A stretch of DNA of 54,063 bases, taken from the NCBI GenBank assembly GCA_041494685.1, contig JBGQBE010000018.1, forward strand, positions 1 through 54,063, read 5' to 3'. This document shows positions 30,221-40,573 of this stretch, in pieces (within the stretch, counting starts at the first letter, position 1; each line of letters starts with the position of its first letter). The DNA comes from Dehalococcoidia bacterium (GTDB lineage: Bacteria > Chloroflexota > Dehalococcoidia > DSTF01 > JACRBR01). The notes below the pieces were generated by a model. It was not told the DNA's origin. It worked only from the letters and a program-made list of their open reading frames with translations, and did not search any database. Both the position numbers and the translations under genes were made by a program.

Positions 30221-31422
30221 ATGTGTTGACCATCAACTGCGGCAGCTCGAGCCTCAAGATACGGCTCTGCGGCGTCGATCCGTCGGGCGTGTCCACGCTT
30301 GCCGGAGGCGCGGTGGAAGCGATCGGCCCGGGCGCCATCGCGATGTTTCAGTCCGGCGACGGAGCGCAGACGCGTTCGCCCGTTGCGGCGGACGACCACC
30401 GGACGGCGCTCCGCGCGCTGTTGCAGCTGCTACCCGATGGAGCCAGGCGCTCGATCGAGGCCGTCGGCCATCGCGTCGTGCAGGGTGGTGCGTTCACGCA
30501 GCCGGCCCTCATCGACGACGAAGTCGTGCGGGCGATCGACGCGGGGCGCCGCCTCGCACCTCTCCACAACGGGCCGTCGCTGGAGGGCATCCTCGCGGCC
30601 CGCGGGCTCCTGCCGGATCTGCCCATGGTCGCAGTCTTCGACACCACATTTCACGCGACGATGCCTGCGATGGCATCGCACTATGCACTGCCGCAAGAGC
30701 TGACGCTGAAGCACGGCCTGCGGCGCTACGGCTATCACGGCATCGCCCATCGCTCGATGACCGAGCGCTACGCGGAGCTCGCCGGTGCGTCCGACGAAAG
30801 CGTCTCGCTGATCACCCTTCAGCTCGGCAACGGCTGCTCGGCGACCGCGGTGCGAAATGGCGTCTCGGTCGACACGTCGATGGGATTCACGCCGCTCGAA
30901 GGGCTGATGATGGGCACGCGGCCTGGGGACCTGGATCCGGGCGCGCTGTCCTATCTTCTCCGCGAGGCAGGCGTATCAGCTGAGGAGCTGGACGATATCC
31001 TCAACCACCGCTCCGGCCTGCTCGGCATCTCCGGCAGCAGCAGCGACATGGCGGCGCTGCTCGCGGAAGAGGCGCAGGGCCATCCCAGGGCCCACGACGC
31101 GATCGAGATGTTCTGCTACAGGGTGCGCAAGTACATTGGCGCCTACATCGCCGTGCTCGGACGCGCCGACGCCATCGTCTTCGGCGGTGGCATCGGCGAG
31201 CGCTCCCCGGAGATCCGGCGCCGGATCTGCGAGCCGCTTGAGCCACTTGGTGTGCGGCTGGACGGGGAGCGGAACACCGCGTTGACCGGCGCGGAGGGGC
31301 GCATCAGCACCGACGACAGCCGCATCGCCGCCTGGGTGATCCCGAGCGACGAGGAGCGTATCATTGCCAGAGACACGTTCGACCTGCTGGCCCGGACACA
31401 GCGTCGTGGGAGGAACACATGA
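30217..31422 (+). CDS. ackA: Acetate kinase
   Basis: [47 protein letters not shown]. Confidence 0.95.
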   Translation: MNVLTINCGSSSLKIRLCGVDPSGVSTLAGGAVEAIGPGAIAMFQSGDGAQTRSPVAADDHRTALRALLQLLPDGARRSIEAVGHRVVQGGAFTQPALIDDEVVRAIDAGRRLAPLHNGPSLEGILAARGLLPDLPMVAVFDTTFHATMPAMASHYALPQELTLKHGLRRYGYHGIAHRSMTERYAELAGASDESVSLITLQLGNGCSATAVRNGVSVDTSMGFTPLEGLMMGTRPGDLDPGALSYLLREAGVSAEELDDILNHRSGLLGISGSSSDMAALLAEEAQGHPRAHDAIEMFCYRVRKYIGAYIAVLGRADAIVFGGGIGERSPEIRRRICEPLEPLGVRLDGERNTALTGAEGRISTDDSRIAAWVIPSDEERIIARDTFDLLARTQRRGRNT

Positions 31423-33842
31423 GCGAGACCGAACGCAGGCGCGAAGAGGGGGCATCCACGGTGTTCAAGCCGGGACCACTTTCGCCCGATGAGGTCAGGC
31501 GCATCGATGCCTGGTGGCGGGCCGCCAACTACCTGTCCGTCGGACAGATCTACCTGCTCGACAACCCGCTGCTGCGCGAGCCCCTCCGGCTCGCGCACAT
31601 CAAGCCGCGGCTGCTGGGGCACTGGGGCACGACCCCCGGCCTCAACTTCGTCTACGCGCACATCAACCGCGCGATCATCGCACACGGTCTCAACGCCATG
31701 TACGTGATCGGGCCTGGCCACGGGGCGCCTGGCATCCTCGCCAACACCTATCTCGAGAGTACGTACTCCGAGGTCTACCCGCACATCACGCAGGACGAAG
31801 ACGGGATGCGCAGGTTCTTCCGGCAGTTCTCGTTCCCCGGCGGCATCCCGAGCCACGTCGCGCCGGAGACGCCCGGCTCGATTCACGAGGGCGGCGAGCT
31901 CGGCTACTCGCTCGATCACGCGTACGGTGCCGCCTTCGACAACCCCGAACTGACGGTCTTCTGCGTCGTCGGCGACGGCGAGGCCGAGACAGGCCCATTG
32001 GCGGCGAGCTGGCACGGGAACAAGTTCATCAATCCCGCGCGCGACGGCATCGTCGTACCTATCCTGCACCTCAACGGCTACAAGATCGCCAACCCCACCG
32101 TCCTCGCGCGCATTCCACGTGACGAGCTAAGGAGCCTGATCGAGGGCTACGGCCATGCGCCGCACTTCGTTGAAGGCGACGATCCCGCTGAGCTCCATCA
32201 CCGGATGGCCGCCGTCATGGACGAGGTAGCTGGCGAGATCGCCCGCATCCGGGAGCACGCACGCGATGCGGGACGGCACGAGCCGCCTCGCTGGCCGATG
32301 ATCGTGCTGGTCACGCCCAAGGGCTGGACCGGGCCCAAGGAAGTCGACGGCGTCCCGATGGAAGGTACGTTCCGCTCGCACCAGGTACCGCTGACCGGCT
32401 TCGCGGACGATCCGGCGCACATCCGGCTGCTCGAAGAGTGGATGCGCAGCTACCGGCCAGACGAGCTCTTCACGGCCGAAGGCGCCCTCGCGCCGGAGAT
32501 CGCGGCCCTGGCTCCTCAGGGCGAGCGCCGGATGAGCGCGAACCCGCACGCCAACGGCGGCTTGCTGCTGCGCGACCTCACGCTGCCCGACTTTCGCCGC
32601 TACGCCGTCGACGTGCCGGCGCCCGGAACGACTTCAAGCGAGGCGACGCGCGTCCTGGGCACGTACCTGCGGGACGTCGTCCGCGCGAACCCTGACAACT
32701 TCCGGATCATGGGCCCGGACGAGACGGCGTCGAACCGCCTGGGCGCGGTATTCGAGGTCACGGACCGTGCCTGGGACGCGGAACGAAGCGACGCCGACGA
32801 CCACCTCGACCCCGACGGGCGCGTGATGGAGATCCTGAGTGAGCACACCTGCCAGGGGTGGCTCGAGGGATATCTGCTCACCGGACGTCATGGGCTGTTC
32901 AGCTGCTACGAGGCGTTCATCCACCTCGTGGATTCGATGTTCAACCAGCACGCAAAGTGGCTGAAAGTCAGTCGTGGCATTCCCTGGCGGCGCCCCGTCG
33001 CCTCGCTCAACTACCTGCTCACGTCACACGTCTGGCGGCAGGACCACAACGGCTTCTCGCACCAGGATCCCGGGTTCATCGACCATGTTGTGAACAAGAA
33101 GGCGGAGATCATCCGTGTCTATCTGGCGCCCGACGCCAATACGCTGCTCTCCGTTGCCGATCACTGTTTGCGAAGCCGCAACCACGTCAACGTGATCGTG
33201 GCGGGCAAACAGCCGGGGCTGAACTACCTGTCGATGGACGAGGCGGTCATCCACTGCACACGCGGCATCGGCATCTGGGAGTGGGCGAGCAACGACGGCG
33301 ACGCCGAGCCGGACGTCGTGCTGGCCTGCGCCGGCGACACTCCAACGATGGAGACACTGGCCGCGGCCGCGTTGCTGCGCGAGCACCTGCCGGACCTCCG
33401 TGTGCGCGTCGTCAACGTCGTCGACCTGATGCGCCTGCAGCCCGAAATCGAGCACCCCAACGGGCTGTCGGACGCCGAGTTCGACGCGCTCTTCACCACC
33501 AACCGGCCAATCCTGTTCGCGTATCACGGATACCCCTGGCTGATCCACCGCCTCACCTACCGCCGCACGAACCACTACAACATGCACGTGCGCGGCTACA
33601 TCGAAGAGGGGACGACGACGACGCCTTTCGACATCGTCATGATGAACAACCTGGACCGCTATCACCTGGTGATGGACGTCATCGACCGCGTGCCGGGGCT
33701 CGGCCCCAGGGCTGCGCACGTCCGCCAGCTCATGGAAGACACGCGCCTGCGTGCCCGCCAGTACACGCGAGAGCATGGCGAGGACATGCCGGAGATCCGC
33801 GATTGGGTGTGGATCGATCGTCCGGCCAGGGAACGAGGATAG
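31419..33842 (+). CDS. xfp: Xylulose-5-phosphate/fructose-6-phosphate phosphoketolase
   Basis: [51 protein letters not shown]. Confidence 0.97.
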   Translation: MSETERRREEGASTVFKPGPLSPDEVRRIDAWWRAANYLSVGQIYLLDNPLLREPLRLAHIKPRLLGHWGTTPGLNFVYAHINRAIIAHGLNAMYVIGPGHGAPGILANTYLESTYSEVYPHITQDEDGMRRFFRQFSFPGGIPSHVAPETPGSIHEGGELGYSLDHAYGAAFDNPELTVFCVVGDGEAETGPLAASWHGNKFINPARDGIVVPILHLNGYKIANPTVLARIPRDELRSLIEGYGHAPHFVEGDDPAELHHRMAAVMDEVAGEIARIREHARDAGRHEPPRWPMIVLVTPKGWTGPKEVDGVPMEGTFRSHQVPLTGFADDPAHIRLLEEWMRSYRPDELFTAEGALAPEIAALAPQGERRMSANPHANGGLLLRDLTLPDFRRYAVDVPAPGTTSSEATRVLGTYLRDVVRANPDNFRIMGPDETASNRLGAVFEVTDRAWDAERSDADDHLDPDGRVMEILSEHTCQGWLEGYLLTGRHGLFSCYEAFIHLVDSMFNQHAKWLKVSRGIPWRRPVASLNYLLTSHVWRQDHNGFSHQDPGFIDHVVNKKAEIIRVYLAPDANTLLSVADHCLRSRNHVNVIVAGKQPGLNYLSMDEAVIHCTRGIGIWEWASNDGDAEPDVVLACAGDTPTMETLAAAALLREHLPDLRVRVVNVVDLMRLQPEIEHPNGLSDAEFDALFTTNRPILFAYHGYPWLIHRLTYRRTNHYNMHVRGYIEEGTTTTPFDIVMMNNLDRYHLVMDVIDRVPGLGPRAAHVRQLMEDTRLRARQYTREHGEDMPEIRDWVWIDRPARERG

Positions 33843-33999
33843 GATCGCTGGTCGAAGGGACAACACGATGGTGACGGTCCGGACCCGGTAGCGGTGGGCT
33901 GTAGCTGGACACGGTGATGCCGGATCTCGTGCCGATCCACCGGCGCGCGAGGCTCAGGTCAAGAGATGTTGAGCGTCGATGCGCAGCCGAGCGGCAAGT

Positions 34000-36657
34000 T
34001 CACGCTCCACTAGTCCGAGAGTGCACCCAGCGAGGGAGAAGGCGCGATACACGGCGCTGAACCGTCGGGCGCGGTCGGGCGAGCGGTCGCGTTCCCTTCT
34101 CGGGTCGAAAGAACCGGGTTTTTCCTGCCTCGACGAGTGCAAGGTATGTGACCGTCATGCCGACGAGGATGGCGAGGAATCCGACCGGGAGAGATACGAA
34201 GCCCAATACGCCCGCGAGCGGCGAGTAGGGCAATGCGAGGCCGACCAGCACGCATCCGATGCTCGTGAACGCGAGCGGTAGGCTCGCGCGACTGTGAAAG
34301 AACGGCACCCGCCGGGTACGGATCACGAAAATCACCAACGTCTGCGTGGCGAGTGACTCCACGAACCATCCCGAGTGGAACAGCTTCTCGTCGGCATGGA
34401 AGACCCAGAGCATCACACCGAAGGTCAGGAAGTCGTAGAGCGAGCTGATCGGACCGAAGAAGATCATGAAGCGGCGAATGAACGCCGTGTCCCAGTGCGA
34501 CGGGCGCTGCAGCAGTTCCTCATCGACGTTGTCTGACGGGATGGTCATCTCGCTGACGTCATAGAGAAGATTGTTCAATAAGATCTGCGGTGGCAGCATC
34601 GGCAGGAAAGAGAGCACGAGCGACGCGCCTGCCGCGCTGAACATGTTGCCGAAGTTCGACGACGTGCCCATCAGCACGTACTTGATTGTGTTGGCGAAGA
34701 TGCGCCGCCCTTCGACCACGCCGTCCGCGAGGATGTCGAGATCCTTCGCGAGGAGCACAATGTCGGCGGCGTCTTTCGCAACGTCGGTCGCCGAGTCGAC
34801 CGAGATGCCGACATCGGCGTCGTGCAGAGCAACGGCGTCGTTAATACCGTCGCCCAGAAATCCGACGTCGGCACCGAGCGTGCGCTGCGCCCGGATGATC
34901 CGCGACTTCTGCTCCGGGCTGACGCGCGCGAAGATCGTCGTCGTCGGCAGCGCGTGTATGAGCTCAGCGTCGGACATCGCCTCAAGCGCCACTCCGGTGA
35001 TCGTGCCCGAGACCGTGATTCCCAGGTTCTCACACACATGGTTCGCCACTTGATCGTTGTCGCCTGTGACAACCTTCACGTCGATGCCGAGCCGTTTGAG
35101 GCGTGCGAGTGACGTGCCCGCCCCGGCCTTCGGCCGATCCTCGAACGTCAAGAATCCTGCGAGCGAGAGATCACGCTCGTCCTCCCTCGCAATAACGGAG
35201 ACCCCCTGCGCCTCGCGCGTCGCGACCGCGATGACCCGTTTTCCGGCCCGGAACTGTGCGTCCAGCGCGGCCTGAGCCTCAGGTACAACCGTCGCACAGA
35301 GCGCGAAGACCGATTCCGGCGCGCCCTTCGTGATCAGCCGCCGCCGCCCAGCCCTGTCCTGCACCACGACCGACATCAAGCGTCGCGTAAAATCGAACGG
35401 CGCCTCGGCGAGCCTCGTAGATGTTCCGATGTCGATGGCTCGTGCGTCTGCGCTCGCCCAAAGCGCTCGGTCGAGAGGATTCCCGCCCATCGCGACGCCC
35501 GTCTCCAGGACGGCGGCATTGCACAGCAGTCCCAAACGTAAGACCTCGTCCGGTCGCGTTCCTTCTACGCCGAGCGCCTCGTTGAACGTGATCTGTCCCT
35601 CGGTCAGGGTCCCCGTTTTGTCGGTGAACAACACCTCGATGTTTCCCAGGTCTTCGATGCTCACCAGGCGCTTCACCACCACCGATTTGCGAGCAAGCCG
35701 GTGAGCGCCCGTTGAGAGGCTGATCGTGACGATCGCCGGGAGGAGTTGTGGCGTCAGGCCCACCGCGATGGCGAGGGCGAAGAGAGCCGACTCCAGGATC
35801 GGCCGCTGCAGCGCGGCGTTGATGACGAAGATCGAGATCGTCAGAACCGCGGTGACTTTCACCAGTAAGCCCGAGAAGTCACGGAGTCCGAGTTGAAACG
35901 CTGTCTCCGTCTGGTGCTCGCCAAGTCGGAGCGCGATGCGACCGAAGGCGGTGCCTTTGCCCGTCTGTACGATGACGCCCAAGCCCGTGCCATTCCGCAC
36001 GATGGTGCCCATGAAGGCGCAGTTGGAAAGCGAGAGGGGAGATTCGACCTCACGCATCGCGCCGTGCTGCTTCTCCGCGGGGGTCGCCTCGCCCGTGAGC
36101 ACCGCTTCGTCGCATTCCAGGGCGTTGACTTCCAGCAGTCGCAGATCCGCCGGAATCACGTCTCCTACTTCGAGACGCACCACGTCGCCCGGCACGAGGT
36201 CGAGGACGTTCACATCCGTGGTCCGTCCGTCACGCAGCGTCACGGCGACGTGGCGGATCCGGGAGTGCAGCGCCTCAACCGCCCGCTCCGCGCGATACTC
36301 ATTCGCGAACCCCAGGCCGATGCTCAGCGCCATGATCGCGATGATGATGCCGGCGTCCGTACGTTCGCCGACGATTGCGGAGGTGAGCGCTGCGGCAACC
36401 AGGAGAATCAGCAGCGGGCTCTTCAGCTGTCGCAAGAGCACGTCCAACGCCCGCGCGCTCCTGCTGCGTATCGCGTTGGGGCCGTGGGCACGTAAACGAT
36501 CGAGCGCGTCGGAGCTTGTCAGCCCGGAGCGAGAGCTACCGAGTTCGGCGAGTACCGAGGAGCTTTCGCTGCATGCGGCATGCGCCAAATCAATTGACCG
36601 CGCTTCCGGCCGGACTGTTTCCGTCTGTCCCCCACGTCTGTTATGAGTCATCGTCAC
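34000..36657 (-). CDS. mgtA: Magnesium-translocating P-type ATPase (start may be 36651)
   Basis: AVGLTPQLLP, DKTGTLT, GDGINDA, SSNFGNMFS, QILLNNLLYD, GWFVESLATQ. Confidence 0.92.
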   Translation of the reverse strand: MTMTHNRRGGQTETVRPEARSIDLAHAACSESSSVLAELGSSRSGLTSSDALDRLRAHGPNAIRSRSARALDVLLRQLKSPLLILLVAAALTSAIVGERTDAGIIIAIMALSIGLGFANEYRAERAVEALHSRIRHVAVTLRDGRTTDVNVLDLVPGDVVRLEVGDVIPADLRLLEVNALECDEAVLTGEATPAEKQHGAMREVESPLSLSNCAFMGTIVRNGTGLGVIVQTGKGTAFGRIALRLGEHQTETAFQLGLRDFSGLLVKVTAVLTISIFVINAALQRPILESALFALAIAVGLTPQLLPAIVTISLSTGAHRLARKSVVVKRLVSIEDLGNIEVLFTDKTGTLTEGQITFNEALGVEGTRPDEVLRLGLLCNAAVLETGVAMGGNPLDRALWASADARAIDIGTSTRLAEAPFDFTRRLMSVVVQDRAGRRRLITKGAPESVFALCATVVPEAQAALDAQFRAGKRVIAVATREAQGVSVIAREDERDLSLAGFLTFEDRPKAGAGTSLARLKRLGIDVKVVTGDNDQVANHVCENLGITVSGTITGVALEAMSDAELIHALPTTTIFARVSPEQKSRIIRAQRTLGADVGFLGDGINDAVALHDADVGISVDSATDVAKDAADIVLLAKDLDILADGVVEGRRIFANTIKYVLMGTSSNFGNMFSAAGASLVLSFLPMLPPQILLNNLLYDVSEMTIPSDNVDEELLQRPSHWDTAFIRRFMIFFGPISSLYDFLTFGVMLWVFHADEKLFHSGWFVESLATQTLVIFVIRTRRVPFFHSRASLPLAFTSIGCVLVGLALPYSPLAGVLGFVSLPVGFLAILVGMTVTYLALVEAGKTRFFRPEKGTRPLARPRPTVQRRVSRLLPRWVHSRTSGA

Positions 36658-37017
36658 GCACGTTCCGATTGTCGCACGTTGACGCGAGCTGGAGCCGGAT
36701 ATTGGCGTTGTTTATGGGGCGAATTGTTCGCGTGGACCGGCCCCTTCGCCGCCCCTGCTCCGCCCGCCGCAAACACGATGTCGCAGGATCCACCGACTGG
36801 ATCACGACGTTGTCGTATTCGACCGAGAGCTCGTACGCCCCAATCCCAGTCCGGTGTTCGCCAGCCCCGAGCGTGCACAAGAGGTGAACAACCGCGGCGC
36901 CGTCGTCTCCGTGATCCGAACTCCGCGACTCCTTGATCCTAGAGGCCGACTGCCTGGGTCGTGGCAGCTTGTCGCCGCATCACCACCACTCGCGCCACGG
37001 AGAGTACGGCGGCGCGG

Positions 37018-37147
37018 TTATGCGCCGGCGTACTTCTGGGGATCGCGATCGAAATCCTTCTTGCATCCGGGCGCGCAGAACTAGTAGCTCTTGCCCTTGT
37101 ACTCGCTCTGCGCCGCCACGGTTGCCGAGTCAATTTCCGTGCCGCCC
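37018..37147 (-). pseudogene. YHS-domain protein remnant
   Basis: Hand translation TEIDSATVAAQSEYKGKSY*FCAPGCKKDFDRDPQKYAGA*; internal TAG at 37081-37083; DPVCGM start missing. Confidence 0.8.
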
Positions 37148-37199
37148 GACCGCTGACGAACTGCGCCCGCAGCGCACTCTCTACGGCCTGTATGGGCAG
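37148..37199 (+). repeat. 52-bp copy of the 5' coding region of the nitrite/sulfite reductase (20194-20245)
   Basis: Ungapped alignment, 49/52 identical by manual comparison. Confidence 0.9.
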
Positions 37200-37265
37200 A
37201 TAGACGAGCGGCCGGCCGTCGCCCATGACCCAATAGGCGATGCTAACACGGTCGCTTGTCTCTGC
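37194..37265 (-). pseudogene. Fragment resembling the N-terminus of an alpha/beta-hydrolase-fold protein
   Basis: AETSDRVSIAYWVMGDGRPLVYLP resembles the T.DGV.IAY...G.G.PLV start of such hydrolases. Confidence 0.5.
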
Positions 37266-37495
37266 TATTTTGTCCGCGGAGGCATGTCGGCATGACAGCA
37301 CCCGTCGCGTCGACGGAGGGCAGCAGATTAGGTACTCAACAACTAGATGCGCGGTGTGTCGTCTCATCCTAATAGGAGTGCCTGCGAGAGGTCCGCGATA
37401 GGCACAGACCGGCCACGCGGCGGTGGGCGCGGGTGTGGCTCCGAACAACACGGCAAAGACCCTCTGAAAGCAGAGGGTCGACCGAGCCCGAACCT

Positions 37496-37521
37496 AGAAG
37501 ACCCGGCAGTGCCGGCCTTCT
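37496..37521 (-). terminator. Hairpin just downstream of the tRNA 3' end
   Basis: Imperfect inverted repeat AGAAGACCCGGCA / TGCCGGCCTTCT. Confidence 0.35.
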
Positions 37522-37536
37522 GTGTAGGAAAGAGAC

Positions 37537-37582
37537 TGGAGCGGGAGACGAGACTCGAACTCGCGACCCTTTGCTTGGGAAG
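37537..37582 (-). repeat. 3' half of tRNA-Gly(CCC): attachment site of an integrated element
   Basis: Minus strand CTTCCCAAGCAAAGGGTCGCGAGTTCGAGTCTCGTCTCCCGCTCCA contains the anticodon loop, T arm, acceptor 3' strand and CCA; no D arm or 5' acceptor strand upstream. Confidence 0.9.
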
Positions 37583-38420
37583 AACGCTAGTCGGGCGCGC
37601 ATCACCCAATTGCTAAGGTATCAGATTCGGAATCTTCAGGGGAACTTCAGGGAAAACGCAGGTCTCCGGGCACCTACTGCAACCGCCCGCACCCTTTAGG
37701 GCGGCTTCTCCTGTTTGACGATCGTGGGCCTGTGCGCCTTGAAAGCGGCGAACCAGCATCGTGCCTGCGGGCGGGAAGGTGTGCGCGCCGGAGGTGCGCC
37801 GCCCTTCTTCGAGGTCGCGGTCTTCTTCTTCCCAATGGTTGCTGTCTCCCTAGCGGACATCGGCTACCGTCCGCCGGCGCGAAGCACAGTCATTGCTCTC
37901 GGCCCGACAGGAAGTCAAGGCACCTGATGGCCTGATGACGGGTCGTACGCGCAGACAACTACAAAGCCCTGCTTACGCATAGTCGACGTCGGGAGGCGGG
38001 GCAGTGTCGCACGATGTCCGGCGAGAGGCGGGTGTTTCTCGTTGCGCGCGTAGTTCTTGGCGAATGGAACGCTCCCGGGTCAAGGTTCCGCGAGAGGAAT
38101 TTTTCGCGACGGATCTTGGCCCAAGATGAATCTGAATTGCGCCCCGATGAGATCGTCCCTTTCCGCCCAAAGCAATATCAAGACACGGATCCTCCGCGAC
38201 AATTGAAGTAAGGGAACGCAGATCGCGAGCCCGCGCATCAACTCAAGGAGGCAGCACGCACCGTGACTCAAGCACCGACAGTAGGACGCACCTCTCAGCC
38301 GAAAGTGGTAGCGCCCACCGACCACGAGCGCGAGCGGCGGTTCTCGCAGTCGTTCACTCCAGCTCGCCTCCGCGGTGGCAGCATCCCGAAGCTCTCCACA
38401 TTCCGGGCGGCGGGCGTAAC

Positions 38421-39434
38421 GTGACGACAACCCCTACATACGCTCCCTTCTTTCACGCGCTGCCCGCATGGCTCGGCGGCAAGCGTCGCCTTGCCGCGCT
38501 CATCTTCGCCCTCCTTAGCGAAGAACTCCCGCGCGAGCATTGGGGCGACCGTGTGCTGCTTGATCCGTTCTGTGGCGGCGGGGCGGTGTCGCTCTACGCC
38601 AAGGCGCAGGAGTTCCGAGTTGTGGCATCCGACCTCGCCGAGCGATCGGCCGTGATCGCCCGAGCGCTCGTGGCGAACTCCGAAGTTCGCCTTCGACCGG
38701 ACGACCTCCTCGGTCTTTTCGACGAGCCAGTGGCTGAGTATCCGCGGGTCGCCAGCCGCTACGTGCCAGCCGTGTTCTCGGAAGCCCAGGCCGATTGGAT
38801 CGACCGCGCGATCGCGCTCGGGGACCGGCGCGGCGAACCCACACGCAGCCTCCTGATCCTCGTTGTGATCAAGCTCGTACTGCGGCTGTTCCCGATGTCC
38901 CTTCCATCGGCGAGCGACGCCCACCGGGCGGCAACCGGCGACTTTGATGGCATCAGTCCGCGCCGGCTCGGTCACTACCTGAGGGCTCGCGACCTGTTGA
39001 CGCCCGAGAGCATCTGGGCGATCGCGGAAGCAGTGAACGCCGGCGTGTTCGGTGGCCGGGGGGAGGCGCGCAAGGGCGATGCCATCGAGATCATCCGGAG
39101 CACTCCCGCCGATGTCGTCTACCTCGACCCGCCCTACCCGGGCACGACCGGCTACGAGAAGGCGTACGCGGTGCTCGATGCGCTCCTCGGCGACGAACGC
39201 CCGCCCAGCCGGGCGCCCAGTCTCGACGACTTGCTCGACGCGGCGGCTGCGGCGCCCCTCGTCGTGCTCTCGTACGGCGGTCCCACGGTCACGCTCGACG
39301 CACTCACTGCGATCGTCGCCCGTCACCGGGCGGTGCGCCGCGCCCTCGCTATCCCGTACGCACATCTGCGTTCAGTCGCAACGGAGGAGCACAATGCCAG
39401 GAACCGGGAGTACCTCATCCTCGCCGGCCGTTGA
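38421..39434 (+). CDS. D12-class (Dam-like) N6-adenine DNA methyltransferase
   Basis: WLGGKRRL, DPFCGGGAV, YLDPPY, EYLI terminus. Confidence 0.88.
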   Translation: MTTTPTYAPFFHALPAWLGGKRRLAALIFALLSEELPREHWGDRVLLDPFCGGGAVSLYAKAQEFRVVASDLAERSAVIARALVANSEVRLRPDDLLGLFDEPVAEYPRVASRYVPAVFSEAQADWIDRAIALGDRRGEPTRSLLILVVIKLVLRLFPMSLPSASDAHRAATGDFDGISPRRLGHYLRARDLLTPESIWAIAEAVNAGVFGGRGEARKGDAIEIIRSTPADVVYLDPPYPGTTGYEKAYAVLDALLGDERPPSRAPSLDDLLDAAAAAPLVVLSYGGPTVTLDALTAIVARHRAVRRALAIPYAHLRSVATEEHNARNREYLILAGR

Positions 39435-40074
39435 AGATCGGCTGATCCGCGTCCCGCTGGAACGCCTCTACCCACATCCGCGCAACGCGAACCTGATGTC
39501 GGCGGAGCGACTCGAGAAGCTCGCCCGCAACATCACAGTAGAAGGGCGATACCCACCGCTGATCGTCCGGCCGCACCCAGAGATCGACGGCTCGTACCAG
39601 ATCCTGGACGGCCATCAGCGGGAAGCGGTCCTCGCGGATCTTGGGCACGCGGACGCGCTCTGCTTTCTCTGGCCTTGCGATGACGCAACGGCCCTCGTCC
39701 TGCTGGCGACGCTCAACCGGCTCGAGGGCGAGGACGTCCCGGCGCGTCGCGCCGAGTTGCTGGCCGAACTCAGCGCGCTCCTGCCGCCGGAGGCGCTCGC
39801 GCAGCTACTCCCCGAGGATGCTCGCGCGATCGAGGAGACACTGTCGCTCCTTGATCTCGACAGCGAGCGGCTGCTCGCCGAGCTGACTGCGGCGGCGGCG
39901 CGGTCGGCTGCAACCGCGCCGCGACTCGTCTCGTTCGCCGTCCTCCCGGAGGACGAGCCCCTGATTGAACGAGCGATCGCCGCGGCCGCCGCGACGCTCA
40001 GCGGCCCGAACCGGCGCGGGCGCGCCCTCGCCACGGTCTGCCGCGCGTTCCTCGAGGAGGATGAAGATGGCTGA
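39394..40074 (+). CDS. ParB/Srx N-terminal domain protein
   Basis: LYPHPRNAN, PLIVRP, YQILDGHQR; GGAGG RBS. Confidence 0.85.
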   Translation: MPGTGSTSSSPAVEDRLIRVPLERLYPHPRNANLMSAERLEKLARNITVEGRYPPLIVRPHPEIDGSYQILDGHQREAVLADLGHADALCFLWPCDDATALVLLATLNRLEGEDVPARRAELLAELSALLPPEALAQLLPEDARAIEETLSLLDLDSERLLAELTAAAARSAATAPRLVSFAVLPEDEPLIERAIAAAAATLSGPNRRGRALATVCRAFLEEDEDG

Positions 40075-40573
40075 GACGACACGGCACCGGGAGGCCTTCG
40101 AACTGTATTGGCGGCTCGGCGCCGACCGCTCGATCGAGCGCCTGCGCGCCGAGTTGCGGGCGCGCGGGCGGGTGCCCACGCTGCGCACGCTCTATACGTG
40201 GTCGAGCCAGTACCACTGGCAGGACCGCATCGCGCAACTCGAACGGGATGCCAAGCGCGCCGAGGACGATGCCCGCGTCCAGGCAGTACGCGACATGATC
40301 GACCGGCATGCCAAAGAGGCGCTGCTCCTCCAGCAGAAGGGGGCGGAGTGGATCGCGGCGATCGACGTCGGCGGCGCGACGGCGGACGCCGCGATCCGCG
40401 CCATCGTCGAAGGGACACGCATGGAACGGCTCGCGCGGGGCGAGCCGACGGAACGACAGGAGGTTCAAGGTGGACTCCAAGTCAACGCCAGGCTCGTCGA
40501 ACTCACCGACGCCGAACTCGACCGTCTCATCGAATATGCTCAGGGCGCTCTGGGACGAGAAGGTCCGGCGTGA
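40067..40573 (+). CDS. Putative terminase small subunit
   Basis: N-terminal HTH (AFELY...RS...TLYTWSSQYHW), helical middle, LTDAELDRLI tail; overlaps the TerL start. Confidence 0.65.
   Translation: MAETTRHREAFELYWRLGADRSIERLRAELRARGRVPTLRTLYTWSSQYHWQDRIAQLERDAKRAEDDARVQAVRDMIDRHAKEALLLQQKGAEWIAAIDVGGATADAAIRAIVEGTRMERLARGEPTERQEVQGGLQVNARLVELTDAELDRLIEYAQGALGREGPA

Noticed and set aside
37537..37610. Intact tRNA-Gly gene
   Set aside because: Only the 3' 46 nt are present; no D arm or 5' acceptor strand.
37930..38420. Possible ncRNA or packaging (cos/pac) site upstream of the methylase
   Set aside because: No convincing structure, repeats or ORF could be supported by eye.
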